Source: Candidatus Poseidoniaceae archaeon (lineage in GTDB: Archaea > Thermoplasmatota > Poseidoniia > Poseidoniales > Poseidoniaceae). From it: a stretch of DNA of 64,000 bases. The stretch spans positions 200,989 through 264,988 of the forward strand of contig CALSRB010000002.1 of assembly GCA_943788655.1 (NCBI GenBank), written 5' to 3'. The notes below the pieces were generated by a model. The model had not been told where the DNA came from, made no database searches, and saw only the letters and a program-made list of their open reading frames with translations. Below, one piece after another: positions 48,279 through 58,508 of this stretch (within the stretch, counting starts at the first letter, position 1; each line of letters opens with the position of its first letter). The translations under genes were made by a program, and so were the position numbers.

Positions 48279-50126
48279 TCATAGACGCTGATGCGACTTT
48301 GCGAGGCGCCCCGGAGTGGTTGGCCATTCCCAACCGGGCGCATGTGCTCGAGCAAGTCCGAGGACCTTTCCCGCTTGATACACAAGCAGGTCAGCCCCGT
48401 TTCGAATGCTCGGATCAAACGAGTCAACAATTGCACCAAAAATATCTCCTTTCCATGTCACACCTTCCTTGAGGTGAACCTCGGGGAGTGCCTTCGTGTC
48501 CGCCAAAGTGGTCACGACCGCCTTGGAGAGAGAAAACCCACCACGGTCGATGGACCAAAGCGCCACCTGCTTCCCGTTTGACTCCAAGCGATATCGAGGT
48601 GGTTTTCCACGAACCTTGAGATCTGCGACCCACTCATCACTGCTCATGTTTTTTCTTGCAACACTTGCGAATGTATCGAGGAGCATCCGTTCATTCTTCC
48701 GGCCACGTGCGCTGAACTCATCGACTGCTGCACGCACAGCTTCGGTAAGACGCTCGAGCGCCTCATGGCTACCTGCACCCTGGCCTTGGCGAGTGTCCAC
48801 AATCGCAACCGATGGGTGTTTGAGCGCCATTCCGGAGTGATTGATGACACGCTTGTACTGATGTCGATCGACCAAGCGGGCGAACATGCGTTCGATTCTA
48901 GCCTTTTCATCACCGGTCCAATCGCCGGTAACGGGCACGTCATAGTGGGCGGCAGGCCACACTTCTTCCAAATCACGGGGTACTAAGCCAAGCGGTGATG
49001 TCACCATGACTTCGTGGCAAGCGCTTGTTCCGATAGCTCGGATGAATCGTCCATGAGATTTCGACAGTCGATACGGTTTTCGTGCTGAGCAGGGAAGAAG
49101 AACGAGGATGGTGTCCAATCCATCCGGGGCTTGGTAAGACTCGCTCATGAATGCCTCCCAATCTGCAATGAGTGGATCGGTCTGAATTGATGCACTGTGG
49201 CAGGGGAAGGAGTGTGTTCGCGCGACATGCGAGGTCAACAATCCGGGAACGGTTGCACAGTGCGCATCATGGCGTCGCAAATGCTCGACAGAACGGGCGC
49301 TGTTCAACGATTGGCGGTCCACAAGGGCCCGCATTTGGTCGCTTGCCATGGCTGCGCGGACTTCGGCGATTGATGACTCCCACTGCTGGACTTGCTTGTC
49401 CATGGAAGCATCCTCACCCATCGTAGGCACACAATGGCGAGGACCTTGAGCAGTCAACAGCACGCCAGCCGCTGCTGCTTGTCGGCTTCGAGAAAGATCG
49501 AACAAGTCAACACCAAACCAAGTCAAGAGGGCCACGTTGTCCGGCCCACCAAGTCCGGGAGTCCACAAAAGAGCACCGGGAAAACGACGTTTAAGCACGG
49601 TGATGGCTTCAACAAGCCGCCCCGGTTGAGCAGCCAGTTGCAGGGCGTCAACAAGCACAACAACATCCGGAAGCAACTCAGGTTCCATTAACGAATCATC
49701 ATGGTTGAGTCGTTGCCATGAAACGGGGAGCAATTGGGCAGTGCCGGCAGCCTCCCCAGCATCTGCTTCTTCAAGCGAGGGGGGGAGGACGTGCCCAACG
49801 GACACCTCATAGGAAGGGCCGATGCTTTCGAAATCCGGTGGACAAAGTGGTAACCTGCCGTTCAACGTGAGCATCGATGGGATCGCAGTGGAACTCGTTG
49901 ATGAAAACGGGGCCAATTTGGCATCCACTTCCGGATCGCCTTCTAACAAAATGAGGGCAGGAGTGTAAGCCTGCGGGTTCTTTCGGTCTCCAAGGCCCCA
50001 CATGCGTGCAAAGCGGTGTCGAGCGAGTATGCTTCGGCCCAAACCTTCGCCCATGGTTTGGCCTGCGGCCTTTGCTTCTTGAAAGATTGGAAGCAAATCG
50101 TGCCTTAAGTTGAAAGCAAGTTCCAT
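48279..50126 (-). CDS. arcS: Archaeosine synthase ArcS-like protein (TGT-like N-domain, middle domain carrying the PCx3KPY motif, C-terminal PUA domain)
   Basis: LLPCSARKPY matches the ArcS-specific PC-x3-KPY signature. The C-terminal beta-rich segment (KQVALWSIDRGG...VHLKEGVTWKGDIFGAIV...GKVLGLARA) is PUA-like. The start may be an internal ATG, since only 12 nt separate the two divergent track starts. Confidence 0.6.
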   Translation of the reverse strand: MELAFNLRHDLLPIFQEAKAAGQTMGEGLGRSILARHRFARMWGLGDRKNPQAYTPALILLEGDPEVDAKLAPFSSTSSTAIPSMLTLNGRLPLCPPDFESIGPSYEVSVGHVLPPSLEEADAGEAAGTAQLLPVSWQRLNHDDSLMEPELLPDVVVLVDALQLAAQPGRLVEAITVLKRRFPGALLWTPGLGGPDNVALLTWFGVDLFDLSRSRQAAAAGVLLTAQGPRHCVPTMGEDASMDKQVQQWESSIAEVRAAMASDQMRALVDRQSLNSARSVEHLRRHDAHCATVPGLLTSHVARTHSFPCHSASIQTDPLIADWEAFMSESYQAPDGLDTILVLLPCSARKPYRLSKSHGRFIRAIGTSACHEVMVTSPLGLVPRDLEEVWPAAHYDVPVTGDWTGDEKARIERMFARLVDRHQYKRVINHSGMALKHPSVAIVDTRQGQGAGSHEALERLTEAVRAAVDEFSARGRKNERMLLDTFASVARKNMSSDEWVADLKVRGKPPRYRLESNGKQVALWSIDRGGFSLSKAVVTTLADTKALPEVHLKEGVTWKGDIFGAIVDSFDPSIRNGADLLVYQAGKVLGLARAHAPGWEWPTTPGRLAKSHQRL

Positions 50127-50138
50127 GCACCCAAGACC

Positions 50139-52367
50139 ATGCAGGGGTTGAAATCATCGCTTTGCGCAATAGGTTTGATCCTTATTGTGTTCACGATGAA
50201 CATGGCACTACCGAATGTGGGTGCCGAGGTGGGAGGTACCCTCAATGGCACAGAAAACGTCCGTGATGGACGCATCATCAGTGTGTTGACAACCCCTGAC
50301 CAAACTTACGAGCGCACTTGGACACTCAACGCTGGAGAATGGACGAGTGTAACGAGTGAATGCGACCAATGCACGGTGACCCTCAATGTCGATGGAGTGA
50401 ACCTCGACGCATCGACGCCAGTCGCCGTACAAGCATCGCAGAATGGATCTGCAACGCTAACCATTACTTCACCCGTGTCAGAACTGGTCAGTTACTCACT
50501 CATCGAAACAATCGATGAAGCCCATCCCACCCTTCGACCAAGCCCGGGTGAATCCATCGCCAGTCAACCAGCATGGCGATGCGAACACACCTCCGATTGC
50601 TCTATGCTGGACATTGGACTGGAAGCCATTCCTTCGACAGAATTTACTGAGGAAGAATTCCTACTTGGTGTGCTCGAGAACGGTCAAGCAGAGTACATTG
50701 CCGTCCCAGTGAGCGCAGGTGAAACCCTTGAGCTGCAAATTCTCCATGCTACTGCAGACATAGAAGTCGATGTGTTCATGCAAACAGACACTGAAGTGCA
50801 CCTGAATCGAAGTCTTGCCCAACCGATGGCCCTCGAAACAAACTCCCGTCCTGATGAAGCCTATTGGCATGCAGAAGAACAAGGACGATTCATCCTCAAG
50901 GTGAGCAGCCAATCACCAACCATTGCCTTTGCAATCAAGCAAGTGGTGCACGCCTCAACCGCTGCGTCCCATATGGTCAACCTTAGCCAGCAAACGATGA
51001 TCAGCGGCTACCATGAAGCAACTGTCATCATCGAAACCACGGACACTGCGACTCTAAATGTCCAAGCACTGCATCGAAATGTAACGGTACAAATCCAGCA
51101 ATTGGTAGATGGAACATGGCTCACAGCCACACAAGTCGTGTTCGATGCGAATCATTTGGAAAGAATCTACCCTTATCCGAATGCCTCAGCCTTCCAAATC
51201 GAGATGCACGGTGAGCGATTTGCAATCGAAGTTGGAAGCACTGACTTTAGCGACACGGGAACGATGGTTGAAGCACCCTCGCAATTACCAGCAAGCTCCG
51301 TGACAAGCAATGCATCATGGCCGTCGCTTGGAATGGATACAGATCCCGTGGAAGGTGAACTCACCCTCGCAATCCATGACACTGCTGATGTTTACAGAAT
51401 CGAAATAAATGGGTACGAAGACTCGGTTTATTTAATCCAAGTGAAACTGATGAGCAGCCACTTGGAACACCTTCAACTGGATATGTGGGAAATTGACCAA
51501 GCGCTCTGGGAAGCTGTGGACACTCGGAACGCTCAAATCATCAATGGAAAGATTGTAACGGCCCTGGAATTGACACCTGGGACCCATTTCGTCCGTGTCT
51601 CGCATGTAGATGTGGTCAATGCAACCAACCATACATGGGGTTCTCAAGTGACCCCAGTGAAATACATGATTTCCACCGCTTCTGAAATGATTGAAGAAGG
51701 CTATCCACCGTACTTCCCACCGGATGATGAGACCGTGAAATGGGGTGAAGTCGCTCGTTGGTTTATGGGACTCCTCTTCTTGGCACCGTGCGCTTACTTT
51801 GCTGTGATTTTTTCCTCGAACCGAAAGCGAGCGACGGAAATGTCCCTCAAGACTGAACAGCTGGCTTGGTTCAAGCTACAGATGGATTCGGGCGAGGCTC
51901 AACCGAACACATTACGAAAGTCACTCGACAAATCATTGCAAGCCATTGCGCAATTGGATTGGTCGACAGCATGCACGACGTGGGGACCGCCGGACGGTCA
52001 ACATCGTACTGAGGGCATCGCCATGGCAGCATGGGTCCTCGACCAACGTCTGGCCAAGAAAGAAAACGGTCTCCCAATCATGGTTGGTGTCCATGTGCTG
52101 AAGGGAAATTGGGAACTCGCCGCACTCCGATTGGACGCACCCGAAGGCCAACCTTGGGAAGTCGTCAATGTCGAGCCACGGTTTTTGCATCGAGGTGAAG
52201 AAATCTTCCTCGACACAATGCGAGAAGGCAACATCACCTTCCTCACACTCGAAATCAGTGGTCCAGCAGATGCTGTTGATGTGGAATTGAACGGTCGTTC
52301 TGATGGGCAACCAATGGCAGCACGCATGCCTCAAGCGTTGCTATTAAACGCACAAAACGAAGAGTGA
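50139..52367 (+). CDS. Type I membrane glycoprotein of 742 aa, with a signal peptide, a large ectodomain, a TM helix and a cytoplasmic domain of about 200 aa
   Basis: The signal is LCAIGLILIVFTMNMALPNVGA. The TM is WFMGLLFLAPCAYFAVIFS. Multiple N-x-S/T sequons. No catalytic motif. Confidence 0.55.
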   Translation: MQGLKSSLCAIGLILIVFTMNMALPNVGAEVGGTLNGTENVRDGRIISVLTTPDQTYERTWTLNAGEWTSVTSECDQCTVTLNVDGVNLDASTPVAVQASQNGSATLTITSPVSELVSYSLIETIDEAHPTLRPSPGESIASQPAWRCEHTSDCSMLDIGLEAIPSTEFTEEEFLLGVLENGQAEYIAVPVSAGETLELQILHATADIEVDVFMQTDTEVHLNRSLAQPMALETNSRPDEAYWHAEEQGRFILKVSSQSPTIAFAIKQVVHASTAASHMVNLSQQTMISGYHEATVIIETTDTATLNVQALHRNVTVQIQQLVDGTWLTATQVVFDANHLERIYPYPNASAFQIEMHGERFAIEVGSTDFSDTGTMVEAPSQLPASSVTSNASWPSLGMDTDPVEGELTLAIHDTADVYRIEINGYEDSVYLIQVKLMSSHLEHLQLDMWEIDQALWEAVDTRNAQIINGKIVTALELTPGTHFVRVSHVDVVNATNHTWGSQVTPVKYMISTASEMIEEGYPPYFPPDDETVKWGEVARWFMGLLFLAPCAYFAVIFSSNRKRATEMSLKTEQLAWFKLQMDSGEAQPNTLRKSLDKSLQAIAQLDWSTACTTWGPPDGQHRTEGIAMAAWVLDQRLAKKENGLPIMVGVHVLKGNWELAALRLDAPEGQPWEVVNVEPRFLHRGEEIFLDTMREGNITFLTLEISGPADAVDVELNGRSDGQPMAARMPQALLLNAQNEE

Positions 52368-53489
52368 TTACGAGCGTCGATCTCTGGCGTCTTGTTTAAT
52401 CCGCTCGATCATGTCACTTGGCGCAAGCGCCTCTCTGACTTCCTGAAGTGCCTTCTTGGTTTTTTTGTTGACTTTCTTTGGCATGTGAAGTTTGACCAAG
52501 ACAATGATGTCACCACGCCCCCCTGAGCGTCGACCGGGCAATCCTCGTTTGCGGATTTCCAGTGTCTCCCCGGAGTTTGTTCCAGCTGGAATTTTGATGG
52601 TCAAATCTTTCCCGTCGAGATGCTCAAGGGTGATTGAGGTGCCGAGGACCAGATCCGCATAGCCAAGGGGAAGCGACATGATCAAGTCTGGACCGGAGCG
52701 TTCGAACCAGGGATGCTCCTCGACTTCAATCTCGATGAACAAATCACCCTGCTGACCTTTTCCTTGAGGCGCAGGAGCGCCACGCCCACGCATGCGCAAA
52801 CGGGTTCCTTCTTCCGCACCTGCAGGAATGGAAAATCGCAAGGTCGTCGCCTTCGTTGTTTGGCCCGTGCCGGCGCACAGCGAACATGAATTGGTAGAGG
52901 TTTGTCCCACTCCGTTACATGTAGGGCACTCTCGGACAACATCCTGCACGAATGGTCCAACTTGTTGGCGCATTCTGACCCTGCCTTGGCCGTTGCAATC
53001 ACCACAGGTACTCGTTTCGCCGCCTTCTGCCCCCGTGCCGCCGCATGGCTCGCATTGGGTCGGCAAATCCAATTCAATTTCTTCCGTGCTGCCGTTGTAT
53101 ATGTCGAGGAGACTGACGGTGTGGATGATTCGTATGTCGTTGCCTCGCCGACGGTTTGAACGTCCTCCACCACCCCCAAACATGCTCGAAAAGAAATCTC
53201 CACCGAGGATGTCTTCGAGGTTGATATTGAAACCACCACCACCAAATCCACCAAAGGGTGAACCCGATGGACCGTTGTGCCCAAAGCGATCGTATTGGGC
53301 TCGCTTCTCGGCATCGGAAAGGACAGCGTATGCTTCTTGAATTTCCTTGAATTTATCTTCAGCATTTTCTTCGGTGCTGCGATCTGGATGGTACTTTCGT
53401 GCGAGGCTGCGGAAGGCATTCTTGAGGTCGCTTTCGCTTGCAGACTTCTCAACGCCGAGAACTTCGTAATAGTCACGCTTGTCAGACAT
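52368..53489 (-). CDS. dnaJ: Molecular chaperone DnaJ (Hsp40, type I)
   Basis: J-domain with HPD (KYHPDRS). A G/F-rich linker. Four CxxCxGxG repeats. A C-terminal substrate-binding domain. No dnaK or grpE adjacent. Confidence 0.9.
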   Translation of the reverse strand: MSDKRDYYEVLGVEKSASESDLKNAFRSLARKYHPDRSTEENAEDKFKEIQEAYAVLSDAEKRAQYDRFGHNGPSGSPFGGFGGGGFNINLEDILGGDFFSSMFGGGGGRSNRRRGNDIRIIHTVSLLDIYNGSTEEIELDLPTQCEPCGGTGAEGGETSTCGDCNGQGRVRMRQQVGPFVQDVVRECPTCNGVGQTSTNSCSLCAGTGQTTKATTLRFSIPAGAEEGTRLRMRGRGAPAPQGKGQQGDLFIEIEVEEHPWFERSGPDLIMSLPLGYADLVLGTSITLEHLDGKDLTIKIPAGTNSGETLEIRKRGLPGRRSGGRGDIIVLVKLHMPKKVNKKTKKALQEVREALAPSDMIERIKQDARDRRS

Positions 53490-53552
53490 CACCATCACCC
53501 AATGCGCAAGCCTAACGGAGGACCTCTTTCAACTTCTCGTCAAAGAAGGGCT

Positions 53553-54566
53553 TCAAAGATCGAGCCCACAGTGAGGGCAGAAACGCTCACCTGCAGGTAC
53601 TGCATTCTGACAGCCCTTGCAAGTTGGTACTTGCGCTACAGCTTGTTGAACAATGGGCGCGGCAGTCCGGATCGGGGTTGAAAGCATGGCCATGTCTTCG
53701 ATGCTTGCAGCTGCCGAGGTAGGCGTTGGTTGGTCCCATGCGTAAACTTTTGCCGCTTCCGGCGTCATACCAGTTGACGACACGACTTCACCTGTTGCAT
53801 TCACTGTGGCATCAATGCCACCTCCGTCGCTCATCGAGGTCACCTGCAGGCTTACATCATCCCTTGATTGGGCTTGATTACGAATGGGCGCCACAGGGCG
53901 TTGGGCTGTGACGGGAGCGGCTTGGGAGGCAGCCTCTAGGCGTGCTTGTTTTCTTAGCCGGCGTTGCTCACCAGCATCGCCTCGTCCAAAGAGTCCGCCG
54001 AGTGAATCCAACAGCGAGTCCATTGGAGAGTTCTTACGAACAGCACCAATCGTTGAATCAACGGCTTGCTCATCAAATGACCCATCACCACTCATACGAC
54101 GGTTGGCTTTCTGAATATGAGAGGCGTCCATGAGCATGGTGACATCGACACGGTCGTCCTCTCCAAGGTTCATTTCTGGAGCCTCGGAATCAATCGTGCC
54201 GACTTGACCCTTGAGTTTGAGTTGTGCTTCAGCAGAGAGTTCTGATCCAAGTATGGCATTGCTTTGCCAAACACCTTGTTCTTCAGCTTGGTAGACTTTC
54301 TTCATGTCCTTCATGACCTTCGAACGATGGTATTCGTGATCTTTTACTTGTGTTGAGCGACGCCACAAAATGACACCAACGCCCAATGCGCCGGCATAGA
54401 AGAAGTACATTAGAAAGGGCTCGACTTTGAACATCTCGCGCAACGGTGTCACGGTGACATGAATCATGGCCATGACAAGAAGCGGTAATACCGCAATCCC
54501 CTTGGAGGTTGCACTGCGTTCACCTGCCATTGTGCTCCCCGTCCCGTGCTCCGTACATCGCCTCAA
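53553..54566 (-). CDS. Hypothetical membrane protein with 2 N-terminal TM helices, a long disordered middle region and a C-terminal zinc ribbon (CKGCQ...CPHCG)
   Basis: The TM helices are IAVLPLLVMAMIHVTV and FLMYFFYAGALGVGVILW. Cys4 lies in the last 25 aa. Confidence 0.5.
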   Translation of the reverse strand: MRRCTEHGTGSTMAGERSATSKGIAVLPLLVMAMIHVTVTPLREMFKVEPFLMYFFYAGALGVGVILWRRSTQVKDHEYHRSKVMKDMKKVYQAEEQGVWQSNAILGSELSAEAQLKLKGQVGTIDSEAPEMNLGEDDRVDVTMLMDASHIQKANRRMSGDGSFDEQAVDSTIGAVRKNSPMDSLLDSLGGLFGRGDAGEQRRLRKQARLEAASQAAPVTAQRPVAPIRNQAQSRDDVSLQVTSMSDGGGIDATVNATGEVVSSTGMTPEAAKVYAWDQPTPTSAAASIEDMAMLSTPIRTAAPIVQQAVAQVPTCKGCQNAVPAGERFCPHCGLDL

Positions 54567-54594
54567 GTATCTTGCCTACGCATGCGTCGGTGCT

Positions 54595-55629
54595 TTAGCG
54601 GTCTGTTGCGGCCCTGCCACGTCGGAGAAAACCGTCGACCAAACCAATCGAAAAACTCGTATGGAGCATGAAAAGGCACAACGGGACACCAACAAGCAAT
54701 GACGGTCTCTTGAACCGAAGGACCATCCGAACTGCTTCGGCGACCAAGACACAACCGTATGCCCCGACTGGAACAACCCACCATGGCGATTCCAAAGCAA
54801 AGAGTGCGGTGGTGAGCAGGAGGCCGAACCAAGGCAGGTATTCACGAAGACTCATGCGCTTTGGATGGCGCAGCACTGTTTTGGTTCGCCAAAAACCATA
54901 CCGGTGACCCATTTTCCACCAGCGCCCCAACCCTGTTCGTTTCGTCATATGGACCGTCGCCCGAGGTGTTCGCCATAAGGCATAACCTTCGGCAGCAAGT
55001 CGCATGGATACATCGCTATCCTGGCTTGAAATGAACGATTCATCCCAGCCACCAACTGCGACCAGGGCATCCCTTGCATGAAGGACAAAGGCAGGTATTT
55101 TGCAGGGTGTGGCTTTGGCGAACGCGTCAAATTGGCCACCACCACTCCCCAGAGGCGAGGCAAGTGTTGCTTCGACCCAAGACTCCACGACCCCTAACTG
55201 ACCCTCTCTCGATGTCACACGGCAACCAAGTGCTGCCAGCGGTCGAGATTCAATCTCAGAAATCCGGTTCCATTCCTCCACCAGAGCAGTGATGTGGTCT
55301 GGTTTTACAGTGCTGTGGCCGATGAGTTCGAGCATGTGTGTCACAGAGTCTGGAATCATTTTTAGGGCTAAATTCCGCCCTTCGGCCACAAACCGGCCTG
55401 GATTTGAATGGAACTCAATCTTCGGCCCGTCTGCTCGGGTGGAGCGAAGGATTGCTGCTTCGACTTCCTTGGCAGTTTCATCTGTTGATCCGCCGTCTAA
55501 AACCATGATTGAATGCTGTGAAGCGGGGTATGTTTGTTGAATCAGTGAATCCAGACAGGCTCCAATGTGAGCCCCTTCATTCAGCACAGGAATAACGGTG
55601 GCAATCATTGGATTGAACGCCGCCCCCAT
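54595..55629 (-). CDS. Family 2 glycosyltransferase (GT-A) with C-terminal TM helices; dolichyl-phosphate hexose transferase-like, plausibly in the N-glycosylation pathway
   Basis: IATVIPVLNEGAHIGACLDSLIQQTYP...IMVLDGGSTDET gives the DxD/DGGSTD region. Two or three C-terminal TM helices. The track start at 55764 was trimmed to an internal ATG (MGAAFNPM...) to avoid a 166-nt overlap with the divergent gene. Confidence 0.65.
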   Translation of the reverse strand: MGAAFNPMIATVIPVLNEGAHIGACLDSLIQQTYPASQHSIMVLDGGSTDETAKEVEAAILRSTRADGPKIEFHSNPGRFVAEGRNLALKMIPDSVTHMLELIGHSTVKPDHITALVEEWNRISEIESRPLAALGCRVTSREGQLGVVESWVEATLASPLGSGGGQFDAFAKATPCKIPAFVLHARDALVAVGGWDESFISSQDSDVSMRLAAEGYALWRTPRATVHMTKRTGLGRWWKMGHRYGFWRTKTVLRHPKRMSLREYLPWFGLLLTTALFALESPWWVVPVGAYGCVLVAEAVRMVLRFKRPSLLVGVPLCLFMLHTSFSIGLVDGFLRRGRAATDR

Positions 55630-55720
55630 GATGCTGGGTTTCGCCCCGAGATATTCACCTCTTCGCTTCACACAACCGCGAAAGGCATGTTCATGTGCAA
55701 CGAACCTTTCGCCATTCAAC

Positions 55721-56236
55721 ATGGACCAACCACTCGTCAAGCTTAACGGTGTCAACGAAGGCATAGCAGTCCATATTCAAACGGTGCTCGAGGGCGCCGA
55801 TGAGCCAAACAAAGTGGCAGATGCTGTCCATGCCTTATTCCCTGAGTTCCCACTTCCTACCGAAGTGTTGGAGCCTCAATTCGGTGCTGCGAGCAACCAT
55901 GTATGGGAAGCGGAGCATGTGTCCCTCGGCCATTTCCTTTCCATGCTTCACACACAACGAATCCTCGATACATCCTTGGATGCAATGGGCCGTCATCTCA
56001 ACGGAGACACAACGGTTTTCCAAATAGCTCGGCAAGCAGCACTCTCGTCGAAAGTTGCGTTTCCCCTTCCGGGTGAAGCACCACTTGGTGGGGTGATCCA
56101 AGTAACACTCGCATCGCCCAATTTGATGGATTGGCTGCACGCAGCGACATGGCATAAAGGTCGAGACAGTGTACCTCGAACGCTCGATGATGAACGGTCA
56201 ATGGCAGAAGACGGTGAAGCGAGCACCTGGGTTTAA
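55721..56236 (+). CDS. Hypothetical protein of about 171 aa (MDQPLVKLNGVNEGIAVHIQT...); weak resemblance to archaeal UPF0201-type small proteins
   Basis: ORF only. The start was chosen at an internal ATG. The alternative track start at 55598 would overlap the GT2 gene. Confidence 0.3.
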   Translation: MDQPLVKLNGVNEGIAVHIQTVLEGADEPNKVADAVHALFPEFPLPTEVLEPQFGAASNHVWEAEHVSLGHFLSMLHTQRILDTSLDAMGRHLNGDTTVFQIARQAALSSKVAFPLPGEAPLGGVIQVTLASPNLMDWLHAATWHKGRDSVPRTLDDERSMAEDGEASTWV

Positions 56237-57252
56237 TCAATTAAATCCAGTTCCTTCAAGCGTTCAACAACTTGGCGATCTGAACCTGTAAAATCGAGCG
56301 CTTTGCTGCTTTCGTAGGTGTGCCATTCTACAGAATCATGGGAGGTCCAACGCGGACTGAGGATGAACGACGGTACCACGCCAACGAATTCACACATCAA
56401 GACATCCAATTCGATGGTGACTTCCGGCAATTCATGGTGCCATGTGCCAATCGATGATTGGGCACTGACAAGCCAACCAAACTCTTCTTCGATTTCCCGA
56501 ACAATCGCTTGTTGAAACGTCTCGTTACATTCGAGTTTACCGCCCGGGAACTCCCATGTACCCGCATGACGTTCGTGCGAAGCCCGACGAGCCACCAGAA
56601 ACTTGCGTTCATCAAGGAGCAGCGAGCCAACCACCCTCAGCACTGGTTTGTGGAGCATCCGTGCAATGACTTGGATGACAAGTTCAAGCGATGCTCCAAG
56701 CGGATACACGGATGCTGGTGGCAGGTGAAGAAAGAGGATTGGGATTGATTCGTCCGTGTTTGCCTCTAAGCTTCTGTACAATGTTTCGTTGCACAAATAT
56801 GCCCCAGCGTCCGTCGAGGTTTCCGCGTCGGTCTGCCAAGATTGGAACCAGTGCTTCACAGGAACTGTTGATGGACGATCGCCTTGACCAGAAAGTGGGG
56901 CCGATGCTACCTGTCGACCCGCATTATCTGGAATCCTCATTGCGAGTCGGTCTGCTGCTAATGTCTCAAGCCGAGGAACGGTGCAGGTACCGCAAACGCC
57001 GAGGTGAAGAACAGCATCCCAAGACGCACCTGAGGCAATGCGATTGGCCACCGTCATGCTTCCTGCCTTGTCAACAGAAAGGACCAACCGTTCAAGTTCC
57101 ACATTCATCGGCTTGGACAAAGCCCTCAACGCCGACCATGGATCTTCGACGACCAGTGTATCGGTCAACGCGTTGACAATATCCATCGAGATATTGACCT
57201 CCGAGCCACCAAACGGTTCGAATCCTGTCAGAAGTACACGGACCACGGCCAA
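56233..57252 (-). CDS. Fusion protein: an N-terminal pyroglutamyl-peptidase I (Pcp, C15) and a C-terminal MutT-type NUDIX hydrolase
   Basis: The Pcp N-terminus is VLLTGFEPFGG. The catalytic Cys sits in AGAYLCNETLY and the His in FLHLP. The NUDIX box GTWEFPGGKLECNETFQQAIVREIEEEFGW matches GX5EX7REUXEEXGU and resembles E. coli MutT (GKWEFPGGKIE...VRELQEEVG). The ORF is a single frame of 339 aa with no internal stop. Confidence 0.7.
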   Translation of the reverse strand: MAVVRVLLTGFEPFGGSEVNISMDIVNALTDTLVVEDPWSALRALSKPMNVELERLVLSVDKAGSMTVANRIASGASWDAVLHLGVCGTCTVPRLETLAADRLAMRIPDNAGRQVASAPLSGQGDRPSTVPVKHWFQSWQTDAETSTDAGAYLCNETLYRSLEANTDESIPILFLHLPPASVYPLGASLELVIQVIARMLHKPVLRVVGSLLLDERKFLVARRASHERHAGTWEFPGGKLECNETFQQAIVREIEEEFGWLVSAQSSIGTWHHELPEVTIELDVLMCEFVGVVPSFILSPRWTSHDSVEWHTYESSKALDFTGSDRQVVERLKELDLID

Positions 57253-57350
57253 CCCTAATGGTGGAGGTTTTTCATTCCAATGCCCATCAAAGAAGCGTCA
57301 TCTTGACAAGGCCGACACCACACCAACAGCCACGGCGCAGGGGTGAATGA

Positions 57351-57683
57351 ATGGAAGAAATGGTTGTTCAATTCCCCGCAGAAGACAAAAGGGACATCAC
57401 CGATCGGCGGGAAGTTCGATTCGTTCGTGAAGTCTGGCGACAAATCACGTTTGGTGTTGGCGCGTGGGGGACACTCCGTCCGATAATCACTGCGCTGCTT
57501 GCTTCGATTCCGTTCCTCTTCCTTGGGCAACATTTCAACCGTAAACACCGACGGGGCTTTGATTGGTTCCTACTACAAATTCCATTGGCCCTAACACTCG
57601 TGCTTTGGGTTGGCCTCTACCTGTACTCGATTTACGATGCGTGGAGGGACGCAACAATGGTCGGCGCAACGATCGATGCTTAG
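57351..57683 (+). CDS. Small membrane protein with 2 TM helices. Function unknown.
   Basis: ORF with two hydrophobic helices (ITFGVGAWGTLRPIITALLASIPFLFL and LQIPLALTLVLWVGLYLY). Confidence 0.35.
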   Translation: MEEMVVQFPAEDKRDITDRREVRFVREVWRQITFGVGAWGTLRPIITALLASIPFLFLGQHFNRKHRRGFDWFLLQIPLALTLVLWVGLYLYSIYDAWRDATMVGATIDA

Positions 57684-58471
57684 GGACGCCACAATTGATT
57701 CTCTGATGAAATTGAGCCGTCTGCCAACCCATTCAAATCATCGAGATCGTCTTGGTCGAATTCGGTCGGCAAGTCGCCTGAAAAGAACGAACCAACGGAT
57801 CGAGAGTTGATGGCCCAATACATCACAGAGTCTTCATTGTTGGAATGACCCTTGTTCTCGCTGTCTTCATGGTCTGCTGGCGAGGTGTAAACGAGGTTCA
57901 CCAAGCCCAGCAAATGACCGACTTCATGAACAATCACGCTGTTTTCGACTTCTTCGGCAGATGGTCGATTGAACCAGCCTGCAGCATCATCGACGGACTC
58001 TCCGAAGATAGCAATGGTGGAAGCGTCAACTGCAACACCGAGAACACTGTCATCTTCGTAAGTCCCAGAAGGGAAAATGATCTGCCACGTGAGGACTGAG
58101 CCTTCTCTCGGTTCGTCTGCCTTTGCATCCCAGCCCTTGTCACGAACATCATCTGCGCTCCATGAGCCTTCATGATTGAATGTTGTAGCGGTGAATTTTA
58201 TGTCCACTCCGTTGGGCTTATCGCACACTGATTCAAGCCGCTCGGCAAGCATGTCGGTACTGGATTCTTCCGGCTTGAAGCCTTCCTCGTAGTCGATTTC
58301 AATGACCAGGCGGGTGTAGGAACTGTCATCTAAGCACGCCAAGGTAAGTCCGCCGGGTACCCCGTGGTTTTCGAACAAATCGTTGGTGAGGTTTGACGTT
58401 CCAACACAGCCAGACAGCGGAGCGAGGAACACAAGGAGCATGAGGATGATTCCAATAGGCCCTTTCGTCAT
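57680..58471 (-). CDS. Secreted lipoprotein zinc metallopeptidase (zincin, HExxH)
   Basis: The signal is GIILMLLVFLAPLSGC, ending in a lipobox-like LSGC. The zinc-binding motif is HEVGHLLGL, with a downstream H/D-rich segment. The ectodomain is acidic. Confidence 0.55.
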   Translation of the reverse strand: MTKGPIGIILMLLVFLAPLSGCVGTSNLTNDLFENHGVPGGLTLACLDDSSYTRLVIEIDYEEGFKPEESSTDMLAERLESVCDKPNGVDIKFTATTFNHEGSWSADDVRDKGWDAKADEPREGSVLTWQIIFPSGTYEDDSVLGVAVDASTIAIFGESVDDAAGWFNRPSAEEVENSVIVHEVGHLLGLVNLVYTSPADHEDSENKGHSNNEDSVMYWAINSRSVGSFFSGDLPTEFDQDDLDDLNGLADGSISSENQLWRP

Positions 58472-58508
58472 GATAACCCCTCATGCCAACTGCTTTCAAA
58501 CCCATGTA

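Noticed and set aside
52682-53476. 264-aa alternative-frame ORF
   Set aside because: It is an overlapping frame of dnaJ on the same strand. The DnaJ frame has unambiguous J-domain and CxxCxGxG motifs.
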